A DNA stretch of 64,000 bases from an uncultured Bacilli bacterium (lineage in GTDB: Bacteria > Bacillota_I > Bacilli_A > RF39 > UBA660). The notes below the pieces were generated by a model, which ran no database searches, was not told the DNA's origin, and saw nothing but the letters and a program-made list of their open reading frames with translations. The position numbers and the translations under genes are program-made. Below are positions 46,765 to 55,248 of the stretch, piece by piece (positions within the stretch are counted from its first letter, which is position 1; each line of letters begins with the position of its first letter). Where the stretch lies: NCBI GenBank assembly GCA_934097015.1, contig CAKONF010000003.1, positions 630-64,629 of the forward strand. Direction: 5' to 3'.

Positions 46765-47901
46765 ATGATATATTTAGATTATGCAGCTAATACACCTGTA
46801 GAAAAAGATGTTTTGAAAGATTATGTTAGTGCTACAACAAAATATATTGCTAATCCAAATAGTCTTCATCCACTTGGAATTGAGGCAAAGGAAGCAATTG
46901 ATGAAAGTAGTAATATTATTTCAAAATATTTTGATATTAGAGAGGAAAGTATTATATATACTAGTGGTTCTAGTGAATCAAATAATTTGGTTATAAAAGG
47001 TGTAGCAGAAATGAATAAAAATAAAGGGAAACATATTATTATATCTGCTATAGAACATTCTAGTGTAATAGCTCCTTGTAATTATTTGGCTAGTAAAGGA
47101 TTTGAAGTTTCAGTTATACCTATATTAAAAAATGGGCAAATAGATTTAGATGAATTAAAGAATACTATTAGAGATGATACTATTTTAGTTAGTATATGTT
47201 ATGTTGATAGTGAACTTGGTACTATACAACCAATAAGTGAGATTGCTCATATAGTTAAAGAATATCCGAATGCTTTGTTTCATACTGATGCTACACAAGC
47301 TATTGGGAAAATAAAAGTGAATTTTAAAAATGTTGATTTTGTGACTTTTGCACCTCATAAATTTTATGGTTTAAATGGTATTGGTGTTCTTTTAAATATA
47401 AATAATAATAAATTGATGCCTTTGATTCATGGAGGAAAATCTACAACTATTTATAGAAGTGGTACACCTAATGTTGCTAGTGTTATTGCTTTAAAAAAAG
47501 CTATTATATTAGCTTTAGATAATTTGGATTTTAGATATGATTACGTATCAGGATTAAATAGTTTTTTAAGAAATGAATTAAGTATATTTAGCAAAGTTCA
47601 TATAAATAGTCCTAAAAATAGTATACCTAATACATTAAATTTTAGTTTAGTTGATATGAATGCTAAAAAGTTCGTTAAAAAACTTGCTGATAATGGAATA
47701 TATTTATCTACAACTTCTGCTTGTAGTTTAGGAAGTACTCCATCTAAGTCTGTTTTTGCTATTACTAATGACTTAGAATTAGCAAAGAATAGTATTAGGA
47801 TTAGTTTAAGTCATTTAACAAATATGGATGAGTTGAAAGAATTTATTAAAGTATTTAAAAAAATATATGATGAGGAGTTAAAATATGATGAAGATAATTA
47901 A
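46765..47901 (+). CDS. Cysteine desulfurase (class V aminotransferase, NifS/IscS-like)
   Basis: IYLDYAANTP, SGSSESNN, DATQAIG, the PLP lysine in FAPHKFYG, and the active-site loop SSTSACS. Confidence 0.85.
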   Translation: MIYLDYAANTPVEKDVLKDYVSATTKYIANPNSLHPLGIEAKEAIDESSNIISKYFDIREESIIYTSGSSESNNLVIKGVAEMNKNKGKHIIISAIEHSSVIAPCNYLASKGFEVSVIPILKNGQIDLDELKNTIRDDTILVSICYVDSELGTIQPISEIAHIVKEYPNALFHTDATQAIGKIKVNFKNVDFVTFAPHKFYGLNGIGVLLNINNNKLMPLIHGGKSTTIYRSGTPNVASVIALKKAIILALDNLDFRYDYVSGLNSFLRNELSIFSKVHINSPKNSIPNTLNFSLVDMNAKKFVKKLADNGIYLSTTSACSLGSTPSKSVFAITNDLELAKNSIRISLSHLTNMDELKEFIKVFKKIYDEELKYDEDN

Positions 47902-48148
47902 AATAAATGCTATGTGGTGTCCTGGATGTTTAATATCAAAAAGTATTTGGTCTGATATAGAAAAGATGTATCCAAATTTTGAATATGTTAGTTTAGATTA
48001 TGATTTAGATGAAGAAGAAGTTTCAAAATATAATGTTGGTGATATTCTTCCTGTAGTTATAATTTTAAAAGATAATGAAGAGTTAAAAAGAATTATTGGG
48101 GAAAAAACTAAAAAAGAAATATTAGAGGAATTGAGTGATGTATTGTGA
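47885..48148 (+). CDS. Small thioredoxin-fold protein (WCPGC)
   Basis: WCPGC active-site motif in 87 aa, overlapping the upstream gene. Confidence 0.75.
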   Translation: MMKIIKINAMWCPGCLISKSIWSDIEKMYPNFEYVSLDYDLDEEEVSKYNVGDILPVVIILKDNEELKRIIGEKTKKEILEELSDVL

Positions 48149-49326
48149 AAAAAGTATCTATTGTAATAGTTTCATTACTTTTTTTATTACCAATTAATGT
48201 ATTTGGTTTAAGTAGGGATTATCAAGATGTTGTAGCGAATGTGGTTAATGAAAAGATTGAAGAAGATAAAATTAATATTTATTTATTTTATAGTTATACT
48301 TGTCCTCATTGTCATGACGAAATAGAATATTTTAAAGTGTTAGAAGATAAATATAAAGATAAAATAAATATTTATAAATATGAAGTTATGAAGGATAAAG
48401 ATAATCTTGCTTTGATGAATGCTACTAAAAAAATATTTGATGTTTCAAGTAATGGAGTTCCTTTTACGATAATTGGTAAGGAGTATATATTGGGATTTAG
48501 TGATTCTACTAAAGATGAATTTGATTATATTATAGATAGTTATCTTGATGATAAAGAGAGAGTAAATAATGAAAATGTAGAGAAAACAATACCTATTTTA
48601 GGTAAGATTGATGCTAAGAAAACAAGTTTAACTTTGGTTGGAATTGTGCTTGGTTTTATAGATGGTTTTAATCCTTGTGCTATGTGGATATTACTTTTAT
48701 TAATTAATATGACTTTGGGTATGAAAGATAAGAAAAAAATGATAATGATTGGGTTAACTTTTATATTGACGAGTGGAATAATTTATTTTTTTAGTATGTT
48801 AGGTATGAGTGTTATATTAGATTTAACATTAGTTAGTGTAGTTAGAGATTTAATTGCAGTTGTTGCGATAGTGTTAGGTGTATATAATTTATATGTTTAT
48901 GTAAAAACTAGAAAAGATACTGGATGTCATGTTGTTGATAATAAAAAAAGGAAAGGTATTATAAAGAAAATTAATGAAATAATTTCTAAAAAATCTACTA
49001 TACTTGCAATAATTGGTACTATTTTACTAGCAAGCAGTGTTAATTTGGTTGAATTAGCTTGTTCTTTAGGTTTTCCAACAATATATTTAGAGTTATTGAG
49101 TTTAAATAGTATTCATGGACTAACTAAGTTATTTTATTTGATTATATATATTTTCTTTTACTTAATAGATGATTTAGTAGTATTTTTGATTGCTGTATTT
49201 ACATTAAAATCTAAAGGAATAAGTACTAGGTATAATAAGTTTGTTAATTTAATTGGTGGATTATTAATGATTTTGATGGGTATCTTATTAATATTTAAAC
49301 CTGATTGGGTAATGCTTAATTTTTAG
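48145..49326 (+). CDS. Exported thioredoxin-fold (CPHC) domain fused to a polytopic membrane domain with an NPC motif (DsbD/CcdA-like)
   Basis: Signal peptide, YSYTCPHCHDE, then ~6 TM helices beginning GFIDGFNPCAMW. Confidence 0.55.
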   Translation: MKKVSIVIVSLLFLLPINVFGLSRDYQDVVANVVNEKIEEDKINIYLFYSYTCPHCHDEIEYFKVLEDKYKDKINIYKYEVMKDKDNLALMNATKKIFDVSSNGVPFTIIGKEYILGFSDSTKDEFDYIIDSYLDDKERVNNENVEKTIPILGKIDAKKTSLTLVGIVLGFIDGFNPCAMWILLLLINMTLGMKDKKKMIMIGLTFILTSGIIYFFSMLGMSVILDLTLVSVVRDLIAVVAIVLGVYNLYVYVKTRKDTGCHVVDNKKRKGIIKKINEIISKKSTILAIIGTILLASSVNLVELACSLGFPTIYLELLSLNSIHGLTKLFYLIIYIFFYLIDDLVVFLIAVFTLKSKGISTRYNKFVNLIGGLLMILMGILLIFKPDWVMLNF

Positions 49327-49388
49327 TTTTCAAACTTGACATTTTATATATAAAATTATAAAATTAAATTGTAAGAAGGGTGATATTC

Positions 49389-49715
49389 ATGTATAATGAA
49401 AAATTTTATTTGACTACTCAAGATATTTTAGATAAGGAATTTAAGATAGATGCAAGAGGTTATAGACCTCAAGAAGTTGATAAGTTTTTAGATATGGTAA
49501 TAAGAGATTATACGGAATTTATGAATATCATAAAAAAATTAGAAAAAGAGAACAGAATTTTAACAAGTGATTATAATAAGTTGAAAGGTGAATATAGAAA
49601 GCTAAGAGATAATATTGAGACAGCTAGTGAAACTTCTAATGGAAATGTTAATAATTTAGATCTCTTAAGAAGACTTAGTAATTTGGAAAAAACTGTTTAT
49701 GGTAGAGATAATTAA
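49389..49715 (+). CDS. gpsB: GpsB / DivIVA-domain cell-cycle protein
   Basis: LTTQDILDKEFKIDARGYRPQEVDKFLDMVIRDY followed by a coiled coil. Confidence 0.8.
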   Translation: MYNEKFYLTTQDILDKEFKIDARGYRPQEVDKFLDMVIRDYTEFMNIIKKLEKENRILTSDYNKLKGEYRKLRDNIETASETSNGNVNNLDLLRRLSNLEKTVYGRDN

Positions 49716-50056
49716 ATCTTAGATAAACGCTGCATATTATTATGTAGAGGAAAGTCCATGCTCGCACTAACCTGAGATGGTAGTAGTGTTCGTGCTAGAG
49801 GAAAAAATAACTCTAGGTAGTTTTAACTAACGGCTTTGAAATAACCTTAACTGGTTAGACTAGATATAAAAGTGCCAAAGAGACGAGTGTATTTGGAAAC
49901 GAATATAGTGGAACGTGGTAAACCCCGCGAGCGAGAAACCCAAAATTTGGTAGGGGAGTTTTTACGAAAGAATTTGAATGGAGTAAAAAACAATTTTGTT
50001 GTAGATAAATGTTTATCACCTAGAAATAGGTACAGAACATGGCTTATTAGATTTAA
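49714..50056 (+). ncRNA. rnpB: RNase P RNA (bacterial type B)
   Basis: Conserved GAGGAAAGTCCATGCTCGCAC near the 5' end and ACAGAACATGGCTTA near the 3' end. The P1 helix forms between 49714-49726 and 50044-50054. The position downstream of gpsB matches Bacillus subtilis. Confidence 0.85.
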
Positions 50057-50082
50057 TTATTTTTTAAAAAGGAGTGAGAACT

Positions 50083-50550
50083 TTGATTGAAGTTGGTGAT
50101 ACTTTAAAAAATTCTAGAGAAGTATCAGGGGTGACTTTAGAAGAAGTTAGTAAAGATTTAGATATTCCGGTAATTTTATTGGAACAAATTGAAGATGGAA
50201 ATATTGGTGCATTTAGTGATATTTTTAAATTAAAAGAGTATATAAGAAAATATTCTAAATATTTAGGAATTGATTCTGATGATATAATGAATACTTTTAA
50301 TACGTTTATGTTTGAGAAAACTAGTAAAATTCCAATGGATAAGATAGAAGAAGCTACTAAAGAAATGATATTAGAAGAAGAAAAAAGTAATAGAATTGCT
50401 TCTCCATATACTAGGGCTATACCTAAAATAAAGACAACACCTTATGTTGTGGCAATAATTATTGCGTTTATAATAATGATTATTGCAGTGATATGGAGTA
50501 TTAGACAAATTACAATAATGAATACAACAGATTTTATAATATTTAGATAG
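50083..50550 (+). CDS. RodZ-like HTH domain membrane protein
   Basis: The N-terminal HTH (LKNSREVSGVTLEEVSKDL) and a single TM helix near the C-terminus. It lies upstream of pgsA as ymfM/rodZ does in Bacillus. The TTG start at 50083 is 7 nt after GGAG. Confidence 0.6.
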   Translation: MIEVGDTLKNSREVSGVTLEEVSKDLDIPVILLEQIEDGNIGAFSDIFKLKEYIRKYSKYLGIDSDDIMNTFNTFMFEKTSKIPMDKIEEATKEMILEEEKSNRIASPYTRAIPKIKTTPYVVAIIIAFIIMIIAVIWSIRQITIMNTTDFIIFR

Positions 50551-50562
50551 GAGAGATGTAGA

Positions 50563-51159
50563 ATGAATTTACCTAATAAAATTACAATGTGTAGAATAGT
50601 GATGGCTATTATAGTTTTAATATTATTGATGTTTCCTTACGGTAGTGTTGGAGTGAGTATGCCAATTTATAAAGTTGGTGCCAATATTACAATTAGTTTG
50701 AATTATATAATTGCTGGTGTTTTATTTGTAATTGCTAGTATTACTGATTTCTTAGATGGAAATATTGCAAGAAAGAATAATTTAGTTACTGATTTTGGAA
50801 AAGTTATGGATGCTATTGCAGATAAAGTTTTAGTTAATGGAGTTTTAATTATTTTGGCTTATAATGGTAATATTCCTTTAATTATTCCAGTTGTTATTAT
50901 TACTAGAGATACTGTTGTTGATTCTATAAAAATGGTTGCTGGTAAAAAAGGTAATGTTGTAGGCGCTAGTATTGCTGGTAAAGTTAAAACTATATGTATG
51001 ATGGTTGGGTTATCTTTAGTGTTATTTTCTAATTTACCATTTGAACTAATTGGTATTAGATTAGATTATATATTATTAATAGTTGCAACTATATTATCTG
51101 TTTATTCAGGTATTCAATATTTTGTAGTAAATAAAAAGTATTTTTTAGAAGATAAGTAA
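50563..51159 (+). CDS. pgsA: CDP-diacylglycerol--glycerol-3-phosphate 3-phosphatidyltransferase
   Basis: NLPNKITMCRI and DFLDGNIARK....FGKVMDAIADK (CDP-alcohol phosphatidyltransferase motif). Confidence 0.9.
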   Translation: MNLPNKITMCRIVMAIIVLILLMFPYGSVGVSMPIYKVGANITISLNYIIAGVLFVIASITDFLDGNIARKNNLVTDFGKVMDAIADKVLVNGVLIILAYNGNIPLIIPVVIITRDTVVDSIKMVAGKKGNVVGASIAGKVKTICMMVGLSLVLFSNLPFELIGIRLDYILLIVATILSVYSGIQYFVVNKKYFLEDK

Positions 51160-51216
51160 TTTATCTTTTTTTTTACAAAAATTAAAATTTTGTAATACAT
51201 TTGTTCGTAAAAAGTG

Positions 51217-51245
51217 TTGACAAACTTTTTTATTGTTGCTACAAT
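51217..51245 (+). promoter_or_regulatory. Sigma-A promoter of recA
   Basis: TTGACA (51217-51222), 17-nt spacer, TACAAT (51240-51245). Confidence 0.65.
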
Positions 51246-51271
51246 TAATGTGTAAGGGAGATATGATTTAT

Positions 51272-52303
51272 ATGAAGACTGTTAAAGATATAACTGATAA
51301 AGATAAAGCTTTGGAACAAGTATTAGCCGATATTGAAAAACAATTTGGTAAAGGTTCTATTATGAAACTAGGTGGAAATGAACATATGGAGATTGCTACT
51401 ACTTCAAGTGGTTCATTGGGACTTGACATAGCTTTAGGTGTAGGAGGTTTTCCTAAAGGAAGAATAATAGAAATTTATGGTCCAGAAAGTAGTGGTAAAA
51501 CTACTATTGCATTGCAAGCTGTTGCTGAAGTGCAAAAGGCTGGTGGAAGAGCTGCTTTTATTGATGCAGAACATGCGCTTGATCCTGTATATTCAAAACA
51601 ATTAGGAGTAAATATTGATGAATTATTATTGTCGCAACCTGATACTGGAGAACAAGCTCTTGAAATTTGTGAGGCTTTGGTAAGAAGTGGTGCCGTTAGT
51701 GTTGTTGTAATAGATTCTGTAGCTGCTTTGGTTCCTCAAGCTGAAATTGAAGGAGAAATGGGAGATAGTCATGTTGGTTTACAAGCAAGGTTAATGAGTC
51801 AAGCTTTACGTAAATTAAGTGGAACTATAAATAAAACTAATACTACTGCTATTTTTATTAATCAACTTCGTGAAAAGGTTGGTGTAATGTTTGGAAATCC
51901 TGAAACTACTCCAGGTGGAAGAGCTTTAAAATTTTATTCAACTATAAGATTAGATATAAGAAGAGGAGAACAAATTAAGATTGGAGATACAATTATTGGT
52001 AATAAAACAAATATAAAAGTTGTTAAAAATAAAGTTGCTCCTCCATTTAAAACTACTACTGTAGATATTATGTATGGAAAAGGTGTTTCTAAATCTGGTG
52101 AGATAGTTGATATTGGAAGTAATATTGATATTATTGAAAAGAGTGGTGCTTGGTATTCTTATAAGGGAGAAAAAATAGGACAGGGTAGAGAAAATGCAAA
52201 AATTTATTTAGAAAATAATCCTAAAATTATGAATGAAATAGAACATAATATAAGAGTACATTATAATTTAATTAAAGATAAAGAAACAAAAAAAGAAAAA
52301 TAG
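51272..52303 (+). CDS. recA: Recombinase RecA
   Basis: [22 protein letters not shown], Walker [10 protein letters not shown], and [11 protein letters not shown]. The start is at the ATG 10 nt after AAGGGAG. Confidence 0.95.
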   Translation: MKTVKDITDKDKALEQVLADIEKQFGKGSIMKLGGNEHMEIATTSSGSLGLDIALGVGGFPKGRIIEIYGPESSGKTTIALQAVAEVQKAGGRAAFIDAEHALDPVYSKQLGVNIDELLLSQPDTGEQALEICEALVRSGAVSVVVIDSVAALVPQAEIEGEMGDSHVGLQARLMSQALRKLSGTINKTNTTAIFINQLREKVGVMFGNPETTPGGRALKFYSTIRLDIRRGEQIKIGDTIIGNKTNIKVVKNKVAPPFKTTTVDIMYGKGVSKSGEIVDIGSNIDIIEKSGAWYSYKGEKIGQGRENAKIYLENNPKIMNEIEHNIRVHYNLIKDKETKKEK

Positions 52304-52320
52304 TATATTAATTATAAATT

Positions 52321-52347
52321 GGTCAAATTTGTAAATTTGACTTTTCT
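52321..52347 (+). terminator. recA intrinsic terminator
   Basis: GTCAAATTT / AAATTTGAC inverted repeat followed by a T-rich run. Confidence 0.6.
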
Positions 52348-52356
52348 TCTATATTA

Positions 52357-52426
52357 TGGTACAATTTATTTGTCAATGGGGGTTGAAAATAATATGATAT
52401 AACTAACTCCATTGTTGGAGTTTTTT
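52357..52426 (+). promoter_or_regulatory. Short transcription unit: extended -10 promoter followed by a terminator with a competing upstream pairing
   Basis: TGgTACAAT at 52357-52365. The terminator AACTCCA-ttgt-TGGAGTT+TTTTT is at 52405-52426. The upstream CAATGGGG can pair with CTCCATTG, which overlaps the 5' arm of the terminator. Confidence 0.4.
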
Positions 52427-52431
52427 GCCAT

Positions 52432-52460
52432 TTGACAAACATTTAGAAAAATGTTAGAAT
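52432..52460 (+). promoter_or_regulatory. Sigma-A promoter
   Basis: TTGACA (52432-52437), 17-nt spacer, TAGAAT (52455-52460). Confidence 0.6.
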
Positions 52461-52518
52461 ACATTACGACTTCAGAGTTTAGTACAAATTAATTCTTAAG
52501 AGAAGGGGGAAATGATTT

Positions 52519-53928
52519 ATGTACGAAGAAACAAAAAGTTCAATTGATTGGAAAGGAATATTTTTAAAAGTTATTATTGCTTTTTTAGTAGTTTTAATTG
52601 CTGTTAAAGGTTATACTACTTTAAAAGGTGATAATAGTACTAAAAAAACAACAACTGAAACTATATCAGAATCTAAAAGTTCATCTACTTTTACAGAAAA
52701 TATTGAAAAGTTAAAAGCTGCTGGTGAAAAATATTTTACTGATAATAAAGACAAATTACCAAAAAATGAAAATAGTACAACTATGGTGACTTTAAATGAA
52801 TTAATTAAAAGTGGTAATATTGATTCTTTATCAGATGCTGATGGAAAAAATTGTGATGGAGAAAGTAGTTATGTAACTGCAATGTTAGAAGGTACAAAAA
52901 CTAAAATTAAAGCTAATTTAGTTTGTGGTGGTGCTTCAAGTTATTCATTAGTTTACATGGGTGAAAATGATAGTGTTATTAATGAAACAAAAACTTCAAG
53001 TTCAAGTTCTACTAGCAATAGTACAAGTAATAATACTAAATCTAGTGCTACTGCAAATAAATGTAATTCTTCAAGTTGTAGTACACCTAATGTTAATGTT
53101 AATACTGAAACTAATATAGATCAAAAAATTACTTTAAATGATACAAGTAAAAATAGTTCTAATAATTCATCAAATAAAAATAATAATAAAACAAAATATA
53201 CTGTTAGTTTTGATAGTAATGGTTCATCTGATACTTATTCTTCACAAAAAGTTGCAGAAAATGACACAGCAACAAATCCTGGAAGCCCATATAGAAGAGG
53301 TTATACTTTTAAATATTGGAAATTAAATGGTAATAGATATTATTTTAATGAACCAGTAAACAGAAATATTACTTTAGTTGCTTGTTATGTTAGAAATGAT
53401 AGTAATTATGATTATGATTACGATTATGATAATGATTATAATAGAAGAAATCGTTTAGTAGAGGATAGTTATCAAACTTTCGTTTATACAATGGGTTGGG
53501 ATACTAAAGGTACTGATTATATAAGCATTGATCATACTTTAAAAGTTCCTTATGAGGTTCAAGAATATGATCCTGTTAATGTAAAAATTTCTAGTATTTC
53601 ATTCTCTAGATCTATGAAAAATCAAGATGATATGAGTAATTATTATGGTAATCATTCAAATACATTCTTCTATACTAAAAATAGATGGGATTCAAATAAT
53701 CGTTCAGTAAATTCTTTAGGATATATAGTATCTCGTGATGTTTCATTTAGTTATGATAGAGGTTATAAGAATATAGATGATGCTTTATCAAATGGTTTTG
53801 ATGTCAATTGGACTGCAGATAATATTAATAAACAATGTAGAAATACAATTAGTGTTAATGGTGTTGATAATATCTGTCAATATGGTATTATTTACTCAAT
53901 TAAATGGACTTATCAATATTATAGATAA
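52519..53928 (+). CDS. Membrane-anchored surface protein: pilin-like head segment, Ser/Asn-rich linker, Listeria-Bacteroides-type repeat, unique C-terminal domain
   Basis: N-terminal TM helix, ...KYFTDNKDKLPKNENSTTMVTLNELIKSGNI..., and YTVSFDSNGSSD...GYTFKYWKLNG...ITLVACY (Flg_new-like repeat). Confidence 0.6.
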   Translation: MYEETKSSIDWKGIFLKVIIAFLVVLIAVKGYTTLKGDNSTKKTTTETISESKSSSTFTENIEKLKAAGEKYFTDNKDKLPKNENSTTMVTLNELIKSGNIDSLSDADGKNCDGESSYVTAMLEGTKTKIKANLVCGGASSYSLVYMGENDSVINETKTSSSSSTSNSTSNNTKSSATANKCNSSSCSTPNVNVNTETNIDQKITLNDTSKNSSNNSSNKNNNKTKYTVSFDSNGSSDTYSSQKVAENDTATNPGSPYRRGYTFKYWKLNGNRYYFNEPVNRNITLVACYVRNDSNYDYDYDYDNDYNRRNRLVEDSYQTFVYTMGWDTKGTDYISIDHTLKVPYEVQEYDPVNVKISSISFSRSMKNQDDMSNYYGNHSNTFFYTKNRWDSNNRSVNSLGYIVSRDVSFSYDRGYKNIDDALSNGFDVNWTADNINKQCRNTISVNGVDNICQYGIIYSIKWTYQYYR

Positions 53929-53947
53929 GAGTAAAAATTTGTATTTT

Positions 53948-53976
53948 AAAAAGCCAGATTTAGTTATCTGGTTTTT
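53948..53976 (+). terminator. Intrinsic terminator
   Basis: CCAGAT-ttagtt-ATCTGG flanked by AAAA and TTTTT. Confidence 0.6.
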
Positions 53977-54019
53977 ATTTGTTTAAAAATATATTTATTA
54001 AAAAAAGAACTTTTGGTTC

Positions 54020-55138
54020 TTAATTTGTTATTTTTCTAATTTCTTTACTCATACCATTTACTACATATGGATTTTCTTCACTTCCATCACCTGATACATT
54101 TGTGTTTTCACTAATATTTATAACCATTCTTGCTAAACCAGAATTATTAGCACTTGTTGAAATAGCTGTGGTATTTATTTTGAATACTTTATGCGTATTA
54201 TCTTTGTCTGCTGTTAAAGTCCAATATGATTGAGATAAATCTGCTAAGTAATTGTAATTACTACATGCATTTGATTCAACGTTAGTACAATTTTGATCTA
54301 AACTTGCAATTATATATTCATTAAATTGTAATAATCCAATATATTGATTGTCTAGTCTATTAGAGCATTCGATTGATCCATCATTTATTGTGTCTGTAAT
54401 ACTTCTTTTTCCTATACATAATGATGTTTCTTTAATAAATCCTTTAGCGTCTTTAGTTAATATATCATCTTTATTATATATGTTATCTAAATCATCTTTT
54501 ATTCTACTATTTATGTCATTTTCAAAATAATTATTTATACCTGTTGTTGATTCAGTTGTCGAATTATATCTATCATCCCAAATTGAAGATTCTCTTCTAC
54601 CAGCTTCTATTAATCTTATTGAACCATCATTGTTTATTTTAGTTATTTTCCATAATAGACCATCAAATATAATATTGTTGTTAACTTTATCACCTTTAAA
54701 ATAATAACTATCTCCAATGCTATATAATCCATTTCCAGAATTAACAATATTTTTTAATAATTCTTCTTTTAAATTAGTACTATTATATGTTTTATCATTG
54801 CTAGTACAATTTAAAAGTGGTGAATACATATAATAGTTATTATTATTTTCAATAGTTAGTGTTCCAGAACATGTTGTATTTTTTTCTAATAATTTATCTG
54901 GATCTTTTATTATACCTTTTGATGCTAGGTCATTTAATGATAATGTTAATATACCGTTTTTACTAGGTAATTCATTTTCATTATTACTATAGTATGATTT
55001 TGCTTTTTCTACAATTTTTGTTTCTAATTTTTCTGGCGTTATTCTTGAAGAACAAGATGATAACATTATTAGAATAAGGAAAAATAGTACAAATATTCCT
55101 AATACAATGTAAATTACTTTTTTTAATTTTTCATCCAT
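54020..55138 (-). CDS. Membrane-anchored/lipoprotein-like surface protein, paralogous to the C-terminal two thirds of the 30770-32350 product
   Basis: TM helix ending in LSSCSS, pilin-like head segment, YYFKGDKVNNNIIFDGLLWKITKINNDGSIRL, and C-terminus ...YWTLTA...SGDGSEENPYVV. Confidence 0.6.
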   Translation of the reverse strand: MDEKLKKVIYIVLGIFVLFFLILIMLSSCSSRITPEKLETKIVEKAKSYYSNNENELPSKNGILTLSLNDLASKGIIKDPDKLLEKNTTCSGTLTIENNNNYYMYSPLLNCTSNDKTYNSTNLKEELLKNIVNSGNGLYSIGDSYYFKGDKVNNNIIFDGLLWKITKINNDGSIRLIEAGRRESSIWDDRYNSTTESTTGINNYFENDINSRIKDDLDNIYNKDDILTKDAKGFIKETSLCIGKRSITDTINDGSIECSNRLDNQYIGLLQFNEYIIASLDQNCTNVESNACSNYNYLADLSQSYWTLTADKDNTHKVFKINTTAISTSANNSGLARMVINISENTNVSGDGSEENPYVVNGMSKEIRKITN

Positions 55139-55248
55139 TAATTATCAACTCCTAGAAAAAGTATAGCATGCTTATTTTTTTATTTCAATAATTTTGTCTT
55201 TTAATATCTTTCTATTTGTGATATTCTTTTAGTAGGAGTTGATAATTA

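Noticed and set aside
49872-50090. 72-aa plus-strand ORF.
   Set aside because: It falls inside the RNase P RNA gene. There is no RBS, and the conserved rnpB motifs explain the region.
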